Of a DNA stretch of 64,000 nucleotides, positions 27,057-40,958 are shown in pieces. A model generated the notes under the pieces. That model had not been told where the DNA came from. It was given only the letters and a program-made list of their open reading frames with translations, and searched no databases. A program made the translations under genes and the position numbers. Every line of letters begins with the position of its first letter. Position 1 is the first letter of the stretch. The stretch is from Amoebidium appalachense (taxonomy: Eukaryota; Protista; Ichthyosporea): contig CAVNZM010000013.1 of the NCBI GenBank assembly GCA_963693365.1, positions 7,549,482 to 7,613,481 of the forward strand, read 5' to 3'.

Positions 27057-27441
27057 TCAACCTCTCTTCTCTGGTTTCTCACTTTTCTCAGGCTTGTTGG
27101 TAGGCTTCGATGTTTTCGTGGGCTTGACGGTCTTTGTCGGCTTCACCGTTTTGCTCTTGCTTCCGTTTGGCTTAACAGTTGCTGTAGGTTTAACAGACTT
27201 GGTTTTTGTCACCGTTACCCCATGCTCCACCTCAGTTTCTGTTTTGCCAGTAGTCCCATCATCAGCCCCATTCTTGCGACGAATTCGAAGATGAACGGAG
27301 TCCTCGGGGAGAGAGGCGGGGGAGGGGCGCCAACAGGTTTGGCGTCGGAATGGCTTGCAGGGCTGGGGCAACCGCGGCAGAAGTGAACACGGATTGAGAG
27401 GCGAAGAGAGAGACGAGGAGAAGGCGGGCGAAAGTTGCCAT
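27057..27441 (-). CDS. Secreted Lys/Thr/Pro-rich protein with (TVKP/TSKP/SEKP) repeats; one +1 frameshift in a C-run near 27320
   Basis: Signal peptide MATFARLLLVSLFASQSVFTSA. Removing one C joins ..LLAPLP to ASLPEDSVHLRIRRKNGADD..KPTKTVKPTKTSKPTNKPEKSEKPEKRG*. Confidence 0.6.
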
Positions 27442-27995
27442 TTTTAGCTGCGTGTTTTGGACGTATATCACACCGTTTTGCCAAAACATGAAAGAGCAAG
27501 AACCTCAGCTGCAGGGTGAGGGTAAGGCATTTGAGGCGTGGGACGCTCTACCTGCACATGCCATACAGTCATAGCTATGATCAGATAGCAGTGACCTCAC
27601 TCAGCTCTGACTCCGAGGCTGAGAGAGTATCTGCAAGATTTTATCCTCAGGAATGAAGGTTTGACCACCTTGGCCAATATTGGCTTTTTGTTCATACATA
27701 TATCATCCGAACTGTTTCCTATTGGCAGTTTGGCAGAGGGCGGTCCGCCGGGCGACTGACACGTGACATGCGTGTGACTCGCTGCCAATTATTTCCTTTC
27801 AAACCATCTTTCTCCCACCCCGCCCCCTTCCCCCCCCTTCCCCACACATTACACACACACACGCATTTTTTTTATTTTATACAAATGCTGCAAACACGAC
27901 ACACACACACTGTCACACACACATGCGTACTCCGCAGTGTCACACACATGCACCACATGTGCACACACGCGGCAAACACATGCATGCACACAGTG

Positions 27996-28045
<50 letters not shown>

Positions 28046-28885
28046 ACAACACGCGTTGACGGGGCGATCAATGCGTCAGGTAGGTGGCACGTGTGTAAAA
28101 CACGCACACCGATAGGCTATAAAGAGGCCGTGATGCACAAACACAGTACACGCCGATATGGAGTGAGGGCCCTGGGGCACACACAAATTCACACCTGTCA
28201 CGGTTGTGCACACAATCGGGGTGCGTGCGTGCGTCCACATGAGCCTCGGGACACTACAACGGCTTTGTGGCTTACAAGTCTCGAGTGATGTACTTAGTGT
28301 ATATGTACATGTACAAAAAACAATGATGTTTCTTTTTATTGATGTGCAGCTGATTGAATAGGCCGCCCGCCACTACCCTCAGCTGCCTGAGTCTGTCTCT
28401 GCATGTATGCGTGTCTGTGTGTGCATGTACGTGTGTGTGAGTGTGCGCACGTTTGATAATAAGCAATAATCGTGCATGCCCCGTTTCGTATTGTTGTCTG
28501 GCTGCCGAAACAATTTGAATATAGAGATTTGTGACCATACAAGGTGAGCTTGCATACAGTTCGTTTCAAACTTCAAATGTAGGTCACAAAACACAGCACA
28601 GAGCATGCCTTCTTCCCAAATCCACGTGTTGGTTTGATGTGTGTGCATGCAGGTTTCACACCTAAATCCCAATCTACGGATAAAAGTAACAGAGAATGGT
28701 GAAACAAAATACGAAAAACTACATTGCAACTACACCCGCCTTGATATGCTAACCATGCAACATTGCACATTGCTAGCCGTCTATACTACACACGCCATAC
28801 TAAACACACGTGTGATTGTTGCGGGCAGTACATTCCTTCAAGTAAAGACGAAGACATGATTTCTAGCCAACCACACAGTGGCAGC

Positions 28886-29402
28886 TTAGTCGACCTGAAT
28901 ACCAACGCCCTTTCGGATCGTGCCCCAGCCGATGAGTCTGTGGGAGAGGGGGAAGGGAAGGAGTGGGATCACGGGTGTGTGTGTTGTGTTAGCATGTGTG
29001 TGATTGTGAGAGGTGAGAGTATCACAGAGCTATACGGCACACATTTACGAGGTACATGCGACACAAAGCAGAAAATCCAGAAAAAGAGCACAAAGAGCAT
29101 GCACCATATGTTTGAGCCCATCCTTGACCGGGAAGGGGGGGGAGGGAGGGAGGGGGGGGGGGGGGGGGGGGGGGGGGATTTAAATACAATTCGAGTATGA
29201 AGTTCCCGTTCAAAACAGACAACACAGTGCAGATCGCAAAGCACACAAACAGATCAGGCATCATATGCAGAGCTCATATTAGGGGGGGGGGGGGGGGGGG
29301 GGAATGCATACCGCCAATGCTTCTCGACACGACGACTGAGGGCAATCTTCTCACCGACCTCAGTGCATACGGGGGAGGCAAGGGTGATCTTGGCCAAATC
29401 GG

Positions 29403-29440
<38 letters not shown>

Positions 29441-29464
29441 GGCGTTGAGGTGTGGGGAGGGTGT

Positions 29465-29502
<38 letters not shown>

Positions 29503-30338
29503 GAAAGCGGTAAACCAAAAGACAAGAGAACGCTTCCCCGCAAAACACAATGACCAACACACACATCTTGAACACATAGGCCCACCCATATCCCATCCTC
29601 CCAGCCATCATGTGTCCTCCAGCAGTGGACCGAGGCTCACATCCCACCCTTCTTTCGGAACAAACATATGACCCCCACCGGGGGGGGGGGCAGCTCACAC
29701 ACATCGAAACGACAGTAAGACAGGCATGGGAGGGGGGAGGGGGGGGGGAGATCTAGAGAGATAGATCTAGAGAGGGAGAGGGGGAGGGAGGAAGGTTTTG
29801 TGTGTATGTAATGCCTGCATGTCTCTAACCGAAGCCAGACTTTGCATATACATCTACCCACACACACACCTTTACAGCGACCACACGGCCACCAGTAGAC
29901 AGGGAGCCAATGTTCACCATCAACACCTCGTTCTTGGTCAGCTTCACCACCTTGGCCTGCTTCTTCTCTCCCTCCGTGCGCACACCCAGCAACCTGCGCA
30001 GCAGGAAATACGAAATTTCCAGCTCCGTGAAAATTTGCGGCAGGTTTCCGACGGTTCCGAGCACCTGCCCCACCATGCGGTCGGCACGGCAGAGTGTGGG
30101 GTCAATCTTGGTGCCCACACCTGCAAAGTAGGGGTTAGGTCTTGGTGGGTGGGGTCGATAAAACTTCATTTCTAGATTGGAAACAGGTGTGTGTGGTGGC
30201 CAAGCGCCGTTGCAAGGCAGGTTGATTTTGGGGAGCCACAGAAGACCCATTAAAGAATCGTTCAGAGCCCCCCTCCCCTCCAAAAACAACACCACAAAGT
30301 GCACCTGTACACTCTCCCTCCATCTCAACACCCAGCCG

Positions 30339-30374
<36 letters not shown>

Positions 30375-32765
30375 ACACACACACCCTTCCAAGCATACAC
30401 AGATACAACCTCCCAACCTCCCAACCCCCCCCCCTCTCCCCCACAGCCGTCTTATCCTCCGTGCAAGGCACACCTACCCACCACTCACACACACCCACAC
30501 GCGCGCAAATGCATGATAACGCACCAATCAGACCACCAGGCACGGCATACTGCAGAGCATTTTGCTCCGTGTTGAGGGTCTCGATGCGCGACAGAATCGA
30601 CCTGCAACCCACAAATCAGAACCAGGTTATAAGTTGCAAACACGCAACCGATTAACCCATTTTGCATACAGTGTGCAATCCTTGTCTCCCTCCCTTACGA
30701 TTGCAACACACTAAACACTGTTGATGCTACATCACCATGTGTGCATGTGGTCTTCATATTACAGACACGCCTTACTCGTCCATCGTAGATAGAATTATGT
30801 TTGTCTTTGTCTTGTGTGTACCTTCCCCCTCTCCCCCCCCCCCCCCCCAATCTGTCCTAACACAAACAATATTGATCACAACTGCTCCCCCCCCTCCCCC
30901 CCCCTCCCTCCCCTTCCCCCAAGTACCCCAACCACACGCGCATGCACACACACATTTACCCACCACTACAGCTAACCATTCCTCTGAAATCTCATCCCTT
31001 CATGCACGCACATACACATGCACGAACACACACGCACACGCACACGCCCACACCCACACCCATCCACCCACACACACCTGCATCGGATTCTGTTGTTTGC
31101 GTCCTTGGACACGATACCGGGGCGCACCTCAATCTCCATCCCCAACTGAAACCCACATTGCCAACCGTCAGACATCCAATCAAAATCCATGTTTCTACGA
31201 TTATGCAGATCTTGCTATCCATCGTACTTCGGGCAAGGAATTCACACAACATATCCACGATCACAGCCTTGATAATCCGCTCACACAGACCAAAAGGCAC
31301 AAAAACAACGAAGGTGTCCCAGAAACAAACAAGCATACAAAAAAGCCAGAATGAAACTGTAAGCAGACATCTCAAACACCAAATCCACATAGCAACACCA
31401 AATCCGCATAGCAATACCAAATCCACATAGCACAGAACAAATGGTATACGGTGGGGTGGCGGCCGCAAAGAACACAGACGTGGCTCTGGCACCGTTGCAA
31501 CGTCCGAAATTAAGGCCCCAGAACAAAAGAAATGCAATGGGCACCCGGACATGTGCCAAACAGGATATAGAAAGAAAACGGGAAGAAACGATCTCCAAAG
31601 AATAGAAAGTGAGAGGAAGAGAGCGAGGAATAGGCAGGAGGAAGGGAGCTGGGGTAGAAAGTACAGCACAGTGTGAAGTACAAAGATTAAACAAGTAAAA
31701 TCAGAAATCGGCAGCACATATGCATGCATGCATGCACACCCACACCCACACAAATGAAATGGTAAACATAGCAAAACACAAGATATAACTGTAGTCTGTG
31801 CGAGTGCGGCCCTCTACCCATGCGGTGGGGTGGCGGCCGCAAAGAACACGGACGTGGCTCTGGCACCGTTGCAGCGTCCGAAATTAAGGCCCCAGAACAA
31901 AAACATGCAATGGGTACCCGGACATGTGCCAACAGAATGTGCAAGGAAAAAGCGAAGAAAGGAGTTTTCGTGGAATAGGGGGCGGAAGGACAGAAGCTGC
32001 CGTAGAAAATGCCATGCGGTGTAAGGTACAAACAGTCAACGTGGGACCTAACGAACTGGCAAAGAAAAAAAAATGGATGCACACACACACACACACACAC
32101 ACATGCGCACACACACACACATGCATGAACACATGCTCAAACACACACCACACACAAATGAATCACAAGAGCAGAGCAAAATACAAGATACGACTGTAGT
32201 CTGTGCGAGTGCGGCCCTCTACCCATGCGGTGGGGTGGCGGCCGCAAAGAACACGGACGTGGCTCTGGCACCGTTGCAGCGTCCGAAATTAGGGCCCCAG
32301 AACAAAAGAAATCCAATGGGCACCCGGATATGTGCCAACAGAATGTGCAAGGAAAACGAGTACACACGGCATCCTTATCCTCCGGCACGTGAAGAATGCA
32401 AACGTGACAGTCACCGAGGAGAGCATGCAGGGTTGGAAACACACATGCCCTGGGTCGCACACACAGAGAGAGAACCAGCATTCCCCCCTTCCCTCTACCT
32501 CTCTCCCCACCCCCCCTACCCACCGCCACCACCTCCCCCTCTAAACACCATCACCCAGCCAACCACCATCACAACCAAATCTTTCCTTTCCCAATACAAA
32601 CAACACGTACCCTGAGCACACCGTGCAGAATGGAGCCACCAGCCACACCACCCTTCAAGTCATCAACCTCACAGCCGGGCTTGTTGACGTCGAACGAACG
32701 AATCACAATCAGGCGGGGGGGTGACGTGAAGTCCCGCATCGGGATGGGGATACGCTTAACCTGAA

Positions 32766-32796
<31 letters not shown>

Positions 32797-32823
32797 TGCG
32801 GTGGTGGTTGGGGGAGAAGGGGG

Positions 32824-32864
<41 letters not shown>

Positions 32865-32985
32865 TGAATGCGTCAAAAAGTACGAAGTACACAAGAACAA
32901 ACGGATAACACGATGCAGAATGCAAGCCATACATAAAGAGTATGCATAATAAGCAGAGCCCATCCTCAGGGGGGGCCCACGTCAT

Positions 32986-33022
<37 letters not shown>

Positions 33023-33195
33023 ATAAGAAGATTGGCACATGGTACACGTCAAATCTTGCAATGGGTAGGGTCGGGGACTCGGGGAGATCAGGCAAAAAGT
33101 TAGACATGTACTAGATAATACGAAGTAGAAATCCACATAAGCTGACGCTGATTTTGTGGGTGAGAAAAAGAGAACCTGTGTTTCCGAGGGAGAAA

Positions 33196-33233
<38 letters not shown>

Positions 33234-33356
33234 AAATGCGTCAAAAAGTACGAAGTATACAAGAACAAACGGATAACACGATGCAGAATGCAAGCCATAC
33301 ATAAAGAGTATGCATAATAAGCAGAGCCCATCCTCAGGGGGGGCCCACGTCATCCA

Positions 33357-33406
<50 letters not shown>

Positions 33407-33705
33407 TGAATGTGTCATAAAGTAGGTAAGTACACATTCATACGGACAACACGATGCAGAGTGCAAACCACACATGAGGAATATGCGTAATAAGTAGAGC
33501 CCATCCTCAGGGGGGCCCCTTGTCATCCGGCGAAGGGGGGGAGGGGGGAGGGGGGGGGGGGGGGGGGGTTTGGATGCGTCAAAAAGTACGAAGTACACAA
33601 GAACAAACGGATAACACGATGCAGAATGCAAGCCATACATAAAGAGTATGCATAATAAGCAGAGCCCATCCTCAGGGGGGGCCCACGTCATCCACAGTAC
33701 CGAGT

Positions 33706-33745
<40 letters not shown>

Positions 33746-34473
33746 ACATACGATGTACTCGCACACACACTCGATGTTGTACTTGAGCTGGGCAGAGATG
33801 GGAACCACAGGGGCACCCTCGGCAACGGTACCTGCAAGCACACCACATGGTCAGCATGCAGGACAGGGAACAGGTTTGCTTGGGCGGCAGATGTCCTGGA
33901 AAGAAGGGTGTTGGTCAAAGAGGATATGCCCCTGTTATCCTGCTGGCTTGCATTGTTGCTCGAACACTTGCACAAATACAGAGAGTGTGTGTGCGAAAAA
34001 GATTCCGAACGTGGAGTGTGAGAGAACGAGGGATTGAGAGACAGGGAGAAGGAAGGGTGGGGGTTAAAGAGGAGGAAGAGATGGGAAGTGAGACGGAGCC
34101 AGATAGGAGGGGGTTCGGGAGGGGAGGGGGTGTGTGAGAGGGGAGAGAGAGAGAGAAGGGGAGGGAGAGAGTGAGGGAGTGAGGCAGACAGAGCCATAGG
34201 CATACCCTGTACGAACTTGAGGATCTGCTGGTACTGGTCCTTGGCCTGGCTCTCCTTGACCAGGTCGATCTTGTTCTGCAGGATGATGATGTGCTTGAGC
34301 TTCATGATCTCGATTGCTGCAAGATGCTCAGACGTCTGCGGCTGCGGACACGACTGTGCGCCGTGAAAGTGCAGGGGTGGAAAGGGGTGGACGGGGGTGG
34401 AAGGTGTGTGTGAAGTGTGGGGGGAGTGGTGTGGGTGAGGGTTGGGAGCAATGGGGCCACAGGGCAGAGAAAA

Positions 34474-34506
<33 letters not shown>

Positions 34507-35705
34507 TGTAAAGGCTGAAGCACGGTGTGTGTGTGTGTGTGTGCGTGTGTGTGTGTGTTTGTGTGTGTGCGCGCGCGCGCGAGCAAGAGAGCGTCAATGT
34601 GTGTATGTGTGTGCGCGCACTGGCGTATTTATCATGGGGGAGGAGGGGAGGGAGGGGGGTGGGGGGGGGGGGTAACACGGCGTGCCCAGGGAAAAGGGGA
34701 GAAATGATGTCAGTATACAGTGATAACCATTTCTCGGCGATAAAACTCGCTTCACACAGACAGGTGGTATTTCACAGCAATGCCGCTGGGTAAATATAAA
34801 ACTAGACTTCCAAGATCGTCCGAGAAGTTAAGGCACACATACAAACTGCATTAAACCACTCACAGTATTATCCATGCAGACAAACACATGCGCACACGTG
34901 TGCGGACACGGACATGCACACACGCAAGAATGCACACACATGCACAGGCATATCCTCACACAGACGAGCCCTAAGAGAAAGACAAAATGGCTAAAAGGGT
35001 TTTTTAATAAAAGCCCCCTCCCTCACCATTTCCCTCCTGCCCGCTCATAAACCTATTCCCTCATACACTCAACCAAAACCCACAACCACGACAAGAAAAC
35101 ACCTAATATAGATGTACACACATCCATGCACACGCACACACATTCATGTACACGCACAACCTCACGTACCAACCCTTCTATGTACAAACGGGTACGCAAG
35201 CACACACTAACATACCATACAGTGTGTGCATGCACACACGTCCGCCCACACCTCCACACATCCACACGTACACACACACACAAACACACACAGACACACA
35301 CGCACGCACACACACGTCTACACGTTCACACATTCACAAGTACACACAAGTACACACACCCACACACAGTTTCACAAACACAGGATCACGAACACACACG
35401 TCCACACGACACGTACACACGCACACCCACCTCGTTTCCAGCAATGAGCAGCAGTGCAGCATCCATCACAGCCGCACCGTTCAACATGGTGGCCATGAGA
35501 ATGTCGTGCCCTGGGCAGTCCACAAACGACACATGTCTGAGTCCCACGTGTCAGCACACAGGCCAAATCAGATCTTGCAGAGCAGACATAAGGAGTATGC
35601 ATAGTAAGCAGAGCCCATCCTCCAAGTCATCCACAGTACCCGGATTTCAACCCATTCACCTCGATTTCGAAGCCCAACTCAGACATTGCTTCACTCGAAC
35701 ATGGA

Positions 35706-35740
<35 letters not shown>

Positions 35741-36231
35741 AGGGGCGGGAGGGAGGGTCGAGGGGGGCAAGTAATGATGTGCGATGGACTATGTAAAGAT
35801 AGACACACCACGAAGGAAATGAAATTTGGGGGGGGGGGGGGGGGGGGGGGGGTTTGAATGCGGAACACAGTACGAAGTACGCATACACGATGAGAAGCAT
35901 GGTGCAGGACACATGCAAAGGCAAACATTCAAGTATGCAGCATCAGCCATGCGCACAGTATGCGTCATAAGCAGAGCCCATCCTCAGGGAGGGCCCAAGT
36001 CATCAATTGCGTCTGAGTTTCGACCCCTTAGCCCGCGTATATACGACGCTCCAACTCAGACAGCAGCAGGGGGGGGGGGGGGGGGGGGGGGGGGGGAGGG
36101 CAACAGGTACCTCATGACCTGGAAGTTTCCGGAGCAGCCTGGGCGGTCGCAGGGGAAGGTGTCCTCCTTGTTGCTGGGCGCTGACCGGTAGCAGCCGGGC
36201 CGGGGGCAGTTGTCATTGTCGCACTTGTACA

Positions 36232-36305
<74 letters not shown>

Positions 36306-36311
36306 GCGCAT

Positions 36312-36396
<85 letters not shown>

Positions 36397-36915
36397 TGAG
36401 CAGTCCACAACAAGGTATACAGAAAACAGGAAGCACAGGGCACACTTCGCATACAGAGGTACAGGTGGACGATGCTTTTGGTGGCTGCAATATTGGAGGT
36501 AGACACAGAGACCTGGTGGCAAACCCCCAACTAGAGTGAAAAACATGGTGCATAGGCACTCCTTGGTAACTCAACTAAACAACGTGAATGCGAAATATGA
36601 AAGTGTCGCACAACCGCAATGGTGGCAAACTAATTTTGAAAATTCGTTGGTTGTGCCGCTTAAGCTTCTCTTATTCAAAGCGTAATGGTATTCCTGGGTA
36701 CTCAACATTTAGTGTTGCACAAAGGGGGGGGGACATACCTTTGCGTTGGCATAACCGAGCTTAATGGTGATGTTTCTCTCCAACTCACTTTTGAAGCGCA
36801 CAGTCTGAAAGGCGCAGTTCGTCAGCACACAGTGACCACACACACACACACATGCACACATGCACACACATACATGCACATCCACACACACACAGAAGGA
36901 GTGAGCAAGAGAAAG

Positions 36916-36957
<42 letters not shown>

Positions 36958-37126
36958 CACGCAAGCAGCCCACCATCCCATATATTCAGGTACCACAATC
37001 TAGCCCCTCCCAACCCCCTCCCCCCATCCCCCCCACAGCCGTATTTCCATATTGCCCTCTTCAAGACCACCAGACTGTCCACACGCATAACGTTTTACAC
37101 TCAAGCAACCCACTCCGACCTCCCAG

Positions 37127-37160
<34 letters not shown>

Positions 37161-38251
37161 ACACACACACACACACACACTCCCCTTTCCTCCTCATTCA
37201 TCATGTATGTTTCAGCACACATCACTTCATCAAATTCTTTCCCAATCGACCGTCATGTGCCGCTTCAATCCCCCACTGATCTCGACCCCCCCCCCCCCCC
37301 CCCCCCTCCGGGGGTCCCCGTGAACCCCTCCCCAACACCCCTAGGCAATACCCTCGTCCCCCCTTCCCCCCGCCCCCACTCTTTAACGACCCAATGCGAC
37401 AGAAATCATAAATGGGACAAAAACTATAGCCCGGTTCGATCAAATATCACCCAAAATCACCAAAAAATGCTACAGAGAATATCCTTTGCATTGGGAAGCT
37501 CCTGCCGCCCAGCTGGCCTCTCCGATAAACCAGATATCATCTGTTAGCATAACTACTCAATTAATAAGAACTACTAATGACAGGCTTGCACCAACACCAG
37601 ACCCGGACTTTCAAGATCGTGTTTGCATAAATAGTCCGAAATGACGCACCTGAACACCCGAGATAGACTTGACCAGGGTGGACTTGCCGTGGGCTACATG
37701 GCCGATGGTGCCTGGAAATGACGTCATGCTGTTAGTCCGCTACCAAGAAGGAACTCTTTCATTTAACGCTCATTACTTATTTTCCAAACCAGATTCATCT
37801 AAAAATCCCTTTGCACAAAAAACAGACTACATAGGGATTGGGTTCTTGCATCAACGTAGCCAATCGCCTTTCCCTGTTTAATGGACAACACCAAACACAA
37901 CGAACTTGGGTGAACTTCAAAGCAAACAAACACACGAAAGGACCATAATGCAGAGCCTAAAATGGGGAAAACAGCAACTAGCCTCTAAAAACCCTACTCC
38001 CCAACCTAACCTGCAAACAAGCGCCCCCTCTACCCACTACCCCCCCCCCCCCCCCCCAAAAAAAAAAAAAACCCCCACCCACCACACACACAGAGAGAGA
38101 CATACACACGCTCCTCCCAAACATTATCTTCCCCTGCCTCTTCTCATTTTCTCAATGCCTTTCTCTAGCCATCTAATCCCCGTCCCCGTCCCCCCTCCCC
38201 ATCCCTCAACCCTCTCCAGCTCCCTCTGAATTAGCAACACCCGTTCCTTTT

Positions 38252-38335
<84 letters not shown>

Positions 38336-38823
38336 AGGCAAGAGCTTGACAAGTGCACACACAAAAAGTGCCCCAACAGCCTAAACATATACGGAACATG
38401 AACAGTGCAAAGTATAGGTACGGAGATGAAAGAGTAATGTCCGTAAGGAGGGTGAAAGATATGGAGAGGATCACGAAAAAAGAAAGTGTATGGTTAGTGT
38501 ACAAATGAAGAATAGAGTAGCAAGAAGAAAAACCAATATAAAGAATGAAACCGGAAGACGAATGCGAATAAAGAAGACGGATCGATAAGAACTATGGAGA
38601 GGTAGAAGGATGGAAGATGGGTATGAACAAGCAAGACGGAAACCCACGTGAAGAAAATGGAAAAAATGAAAACATGAGAGATGGGGTGCCGCATACCGAT
38701 GTTAATTGTTGCTTGGCGACTGATGACCTCTGGAGTGAGGGGGCTGAGGTCTTCGATGCGCAGAGCCTCGAAGTTCTGTGTCTTCAGCTGCGGCTGGGCA
38801 AAGGGATCCTCGGACTTCGACAT
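28886..38823 (-). CDS. EIF2S3: Translation initiation factor eIF2 gamma subunit
   Basis: 13 exons: 38823-38697, 37711-37650, 36804-36739, 36232-36111, 35536-35431, 34353-34206, 33831-33752, 32760-32611, 31145-31078, 30601-30525, 30120-29870, 29403-29312, 28937-28886. Motifs [71 protein letters not shown]. Confidence 0.97.
31450..31560 (-). ncRNA. Family A H/ACA-like element, partial copy (3' end lost)
   Basis: Matches the first ~110 nt of the other family A copies; lacks the ACA end. Confidence 0.45.
31787..31932 (-). ncRNA. Family A H/ACA snoRNA-like element in eIF2-gamma intron
   Basis: Hairpin-hinge-hairpin-ACA layout; sense to host gene. Confidence 0.55.
32192..32338 (-). ncRNA. Family A H/ACA snoRNA-like element in eIF2-gamma intron
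   Basis: Near-identical to 31787-31932. Confidence 0.55.
32863..33706 (-). mobile_element. Cluster of four family B 3' fragments separated by poly(G/C)
   Basis: Copies at about 32863-32986, 33233-33358, 33405-33530 and 33569-33706, with a common 3' end and different 5' ends. Confidence 0.85.
35582..35690 (-). mobile_element. Family B diverged internal fragment
   Basis: Contains AAGCAGAGCCCATCCTC..GTCATCCACAGTACC..CCAACTCAGACA on the + strand. Confidence 0.7.
35853..36068 (-). mobile_element. Family B young 5'-truncated copy
   Basis: Reverse complement is near-identical to 4047-4263; flanked by long G-runs on both sides. Confidence 0.85.
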
Positions 38824-38888
38824 GGTCCCTGTCTGTGCATAAAAAAGAGTAAGAAGCGCAAGGGGAGGGGGGGGGGGGGGGGGGAGGT

Positions 38889-38995
38889 GTGAAGGTGTTA
38901 CAGATTACGCAGTACACATTCATGCCAGACAACACAAAGGAGATTGCAAAACAAGCATCAACAGTGTGCAGCGTAAGCAAAGCCCATCCACAGGG
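38889..38995 (-). mobile_element. Family B old diverged copy in probable 5'UTR intron of eIF2-gamma
   Basis: TAAGCAAAGCCCATCCACAGGG and TACGCAGTACACA resemble the family consensus; next to a G-run. Confidence 0.5.
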
Positions 38996-39410
38996 ATGGA
39001 AAGAGATGTCGGCAAGGCATCTGAAGTCTTCAGGTATAGTTTGAAAACCTTTGGCGCAAGCTTGTGCTCTGTGTGTGTGTGTGTGTGTGTGTGTGTTGTG
39101 TGCACGCGCCCGCACTCATTCGCACCGGTGCGGATGCTGTATGCGTCTGTATGTGCGCTCGCACATTCATGTGCGCACTTGTGTAAATGCAGCACTTGTC
39201 TGCAGTGTGTGTGTGGGTGCATATGTCTTGCTTTCGTGTTACAGAACGTGTAATGCATGAGCATATGTAAATGGGTGTCGGTGTGGATGATGGTGTGTAT
39301 GTGTGTGTGTGTGTGTGTGTATATGTGTTGTGAGTGTGTGTGCGTGTGTGTGTGTGTTGCGTGTATGCATGTGTTTGTTGTGTGTGTGTGTGCACACGTA
39401 TGTCTGCATG

Positions 39411-39504
<94 letters not shown>

Positions 39505-40189
39505 ACGTGCAGACATTTTGGAAAAAGGAGGAAAGTAAACGTGTATTTCTATGCCTGTGCCTGTGCCTGTCGGTGTGCGTGTGTGCACACAAGCGTGTGC
39601 CTGGGTGCGTGCCTGTGGCTTGAGTGTAGGCGAGGATGGTATATGAATTCACGTCCACCTGCCCGCAAAATGTGTGTGTGTAAATGGAAAGTGTACTGCA
39701 TCTGCATGTATGTGGGTGCTCACAAGCCATCGGCTGTTCTAGCGCTTGTACTAGTTGTGCGTGCCTGTATGTATGCAAGGGTATGTAAGCCACAGCTGTG
39801 CGTCTGCATGTGTGCGTGCAAGGGTTCCTGGTGTGCTATTTTGTGCGTGTGCGTGCCAGCGAGAGTGTACATCTAGCTGCTTGCACGTTACACGAAGCCC
39901 CCCAATAAACCCCCAATAAACAGGTGACTGGAGGGAGGGGGGAACGTGATGCCACTGTGCTGGTTTCACCCTCAGCACTTTTATCTCCGAGGTTGTGTTT
40001 CAAGAGTGTACTTCAAAACCATGTCAAAAGACTCCCATTATGACATTCACCATAATCTATCTACTCCCTCGAGAATCATAGAGCCACAAACCCAAGAACT
40101 AACTGCTGACCACCCCTTTCTTCCAGCCCCCCCCCTGCCAGCCCACCTCCCTAATTCCCCTTAGCCCTTATCAGGATGCCTGTTGAGCT

Positions 40190-40958
40190 ACCTGAAAGGA
40201 ACGATAACCCAGCAATTTCTAGCTAAGTCGAAGCTCCCTATAGGTTTTCTTTTGTTCTAGCCTGCGTTTTCCGACCTTTTTTGAGTTCCGGAGGAGAGAA
40301 AAACGCGGCGAAAAAACGTGTGGGGAGAAAACGAAAAACGGAGCCCGCCTGTGTGACACACGGAACTCAACGGGGCGGTATCACGCACACGTGGATTTGG
40401 TGACTTTTGTGCACTTGACAGGGTTTAACAAATGTATTTATTGGTTTATTGTGCTATTTTAAATGTACAACTTAGTTTCATTGGATGTCAAATTTGATTA
40501 TATCAGGGTGACTCTGCCGCGATGATTCCAGCCCCGTGCCACCTGACATCGTGACGTCACCCTCAGTACGTCATCTTAGTCTTCGGCACTTCAGACGACC
40601 CAACCGCATCATCACATCCATAATAAGAGCTATAGGGAGATATTACACAAATATATGTACCATTCATGTTATCCTGTCGGCTGTCACTAAAAAAAAAACA
40701 TTTTTTAATAATAGATGAGAGCAAGCTGGGGCTTTTTGTATTGCAAAAACGACAGTCGCATGCGCAGTAAAACAGTGCAGATCAGAGGAGGTGACGTCAT
40801 TCTGACTATTAGTCTTCTTTGTTTGCGCCATCACACACACCAATCTTTCAGTGTACACAACCTCGAGGCCATAACAGTCAGACAGTGTGACAGACTGTGA
40901 CGCGAGTTGTTCAATTCCAAAGCCTTATAGCAATCAGAAAAAAAACTAAGAGTCGAAG
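40190..40958. promoter_or_regulatory. Probable bidirectional promoter between eIF2-gamma and the POLG2-like gene
   Basis: Microsatellite-free island between divergent genes; TGACGTCA at about 40552 and 40792; candidate non-coding exon donor (CAG|GTAGCT, - strand) near 40190. Confidence 0.5.

Noticed and set aside
31450-33706. CRISPR-like array from the repeated units in eIF2-gamma introns
   Set aside because: Units exceed 100 nt, spacing is irregular, the context is eukaryotic and there are no cas genes.
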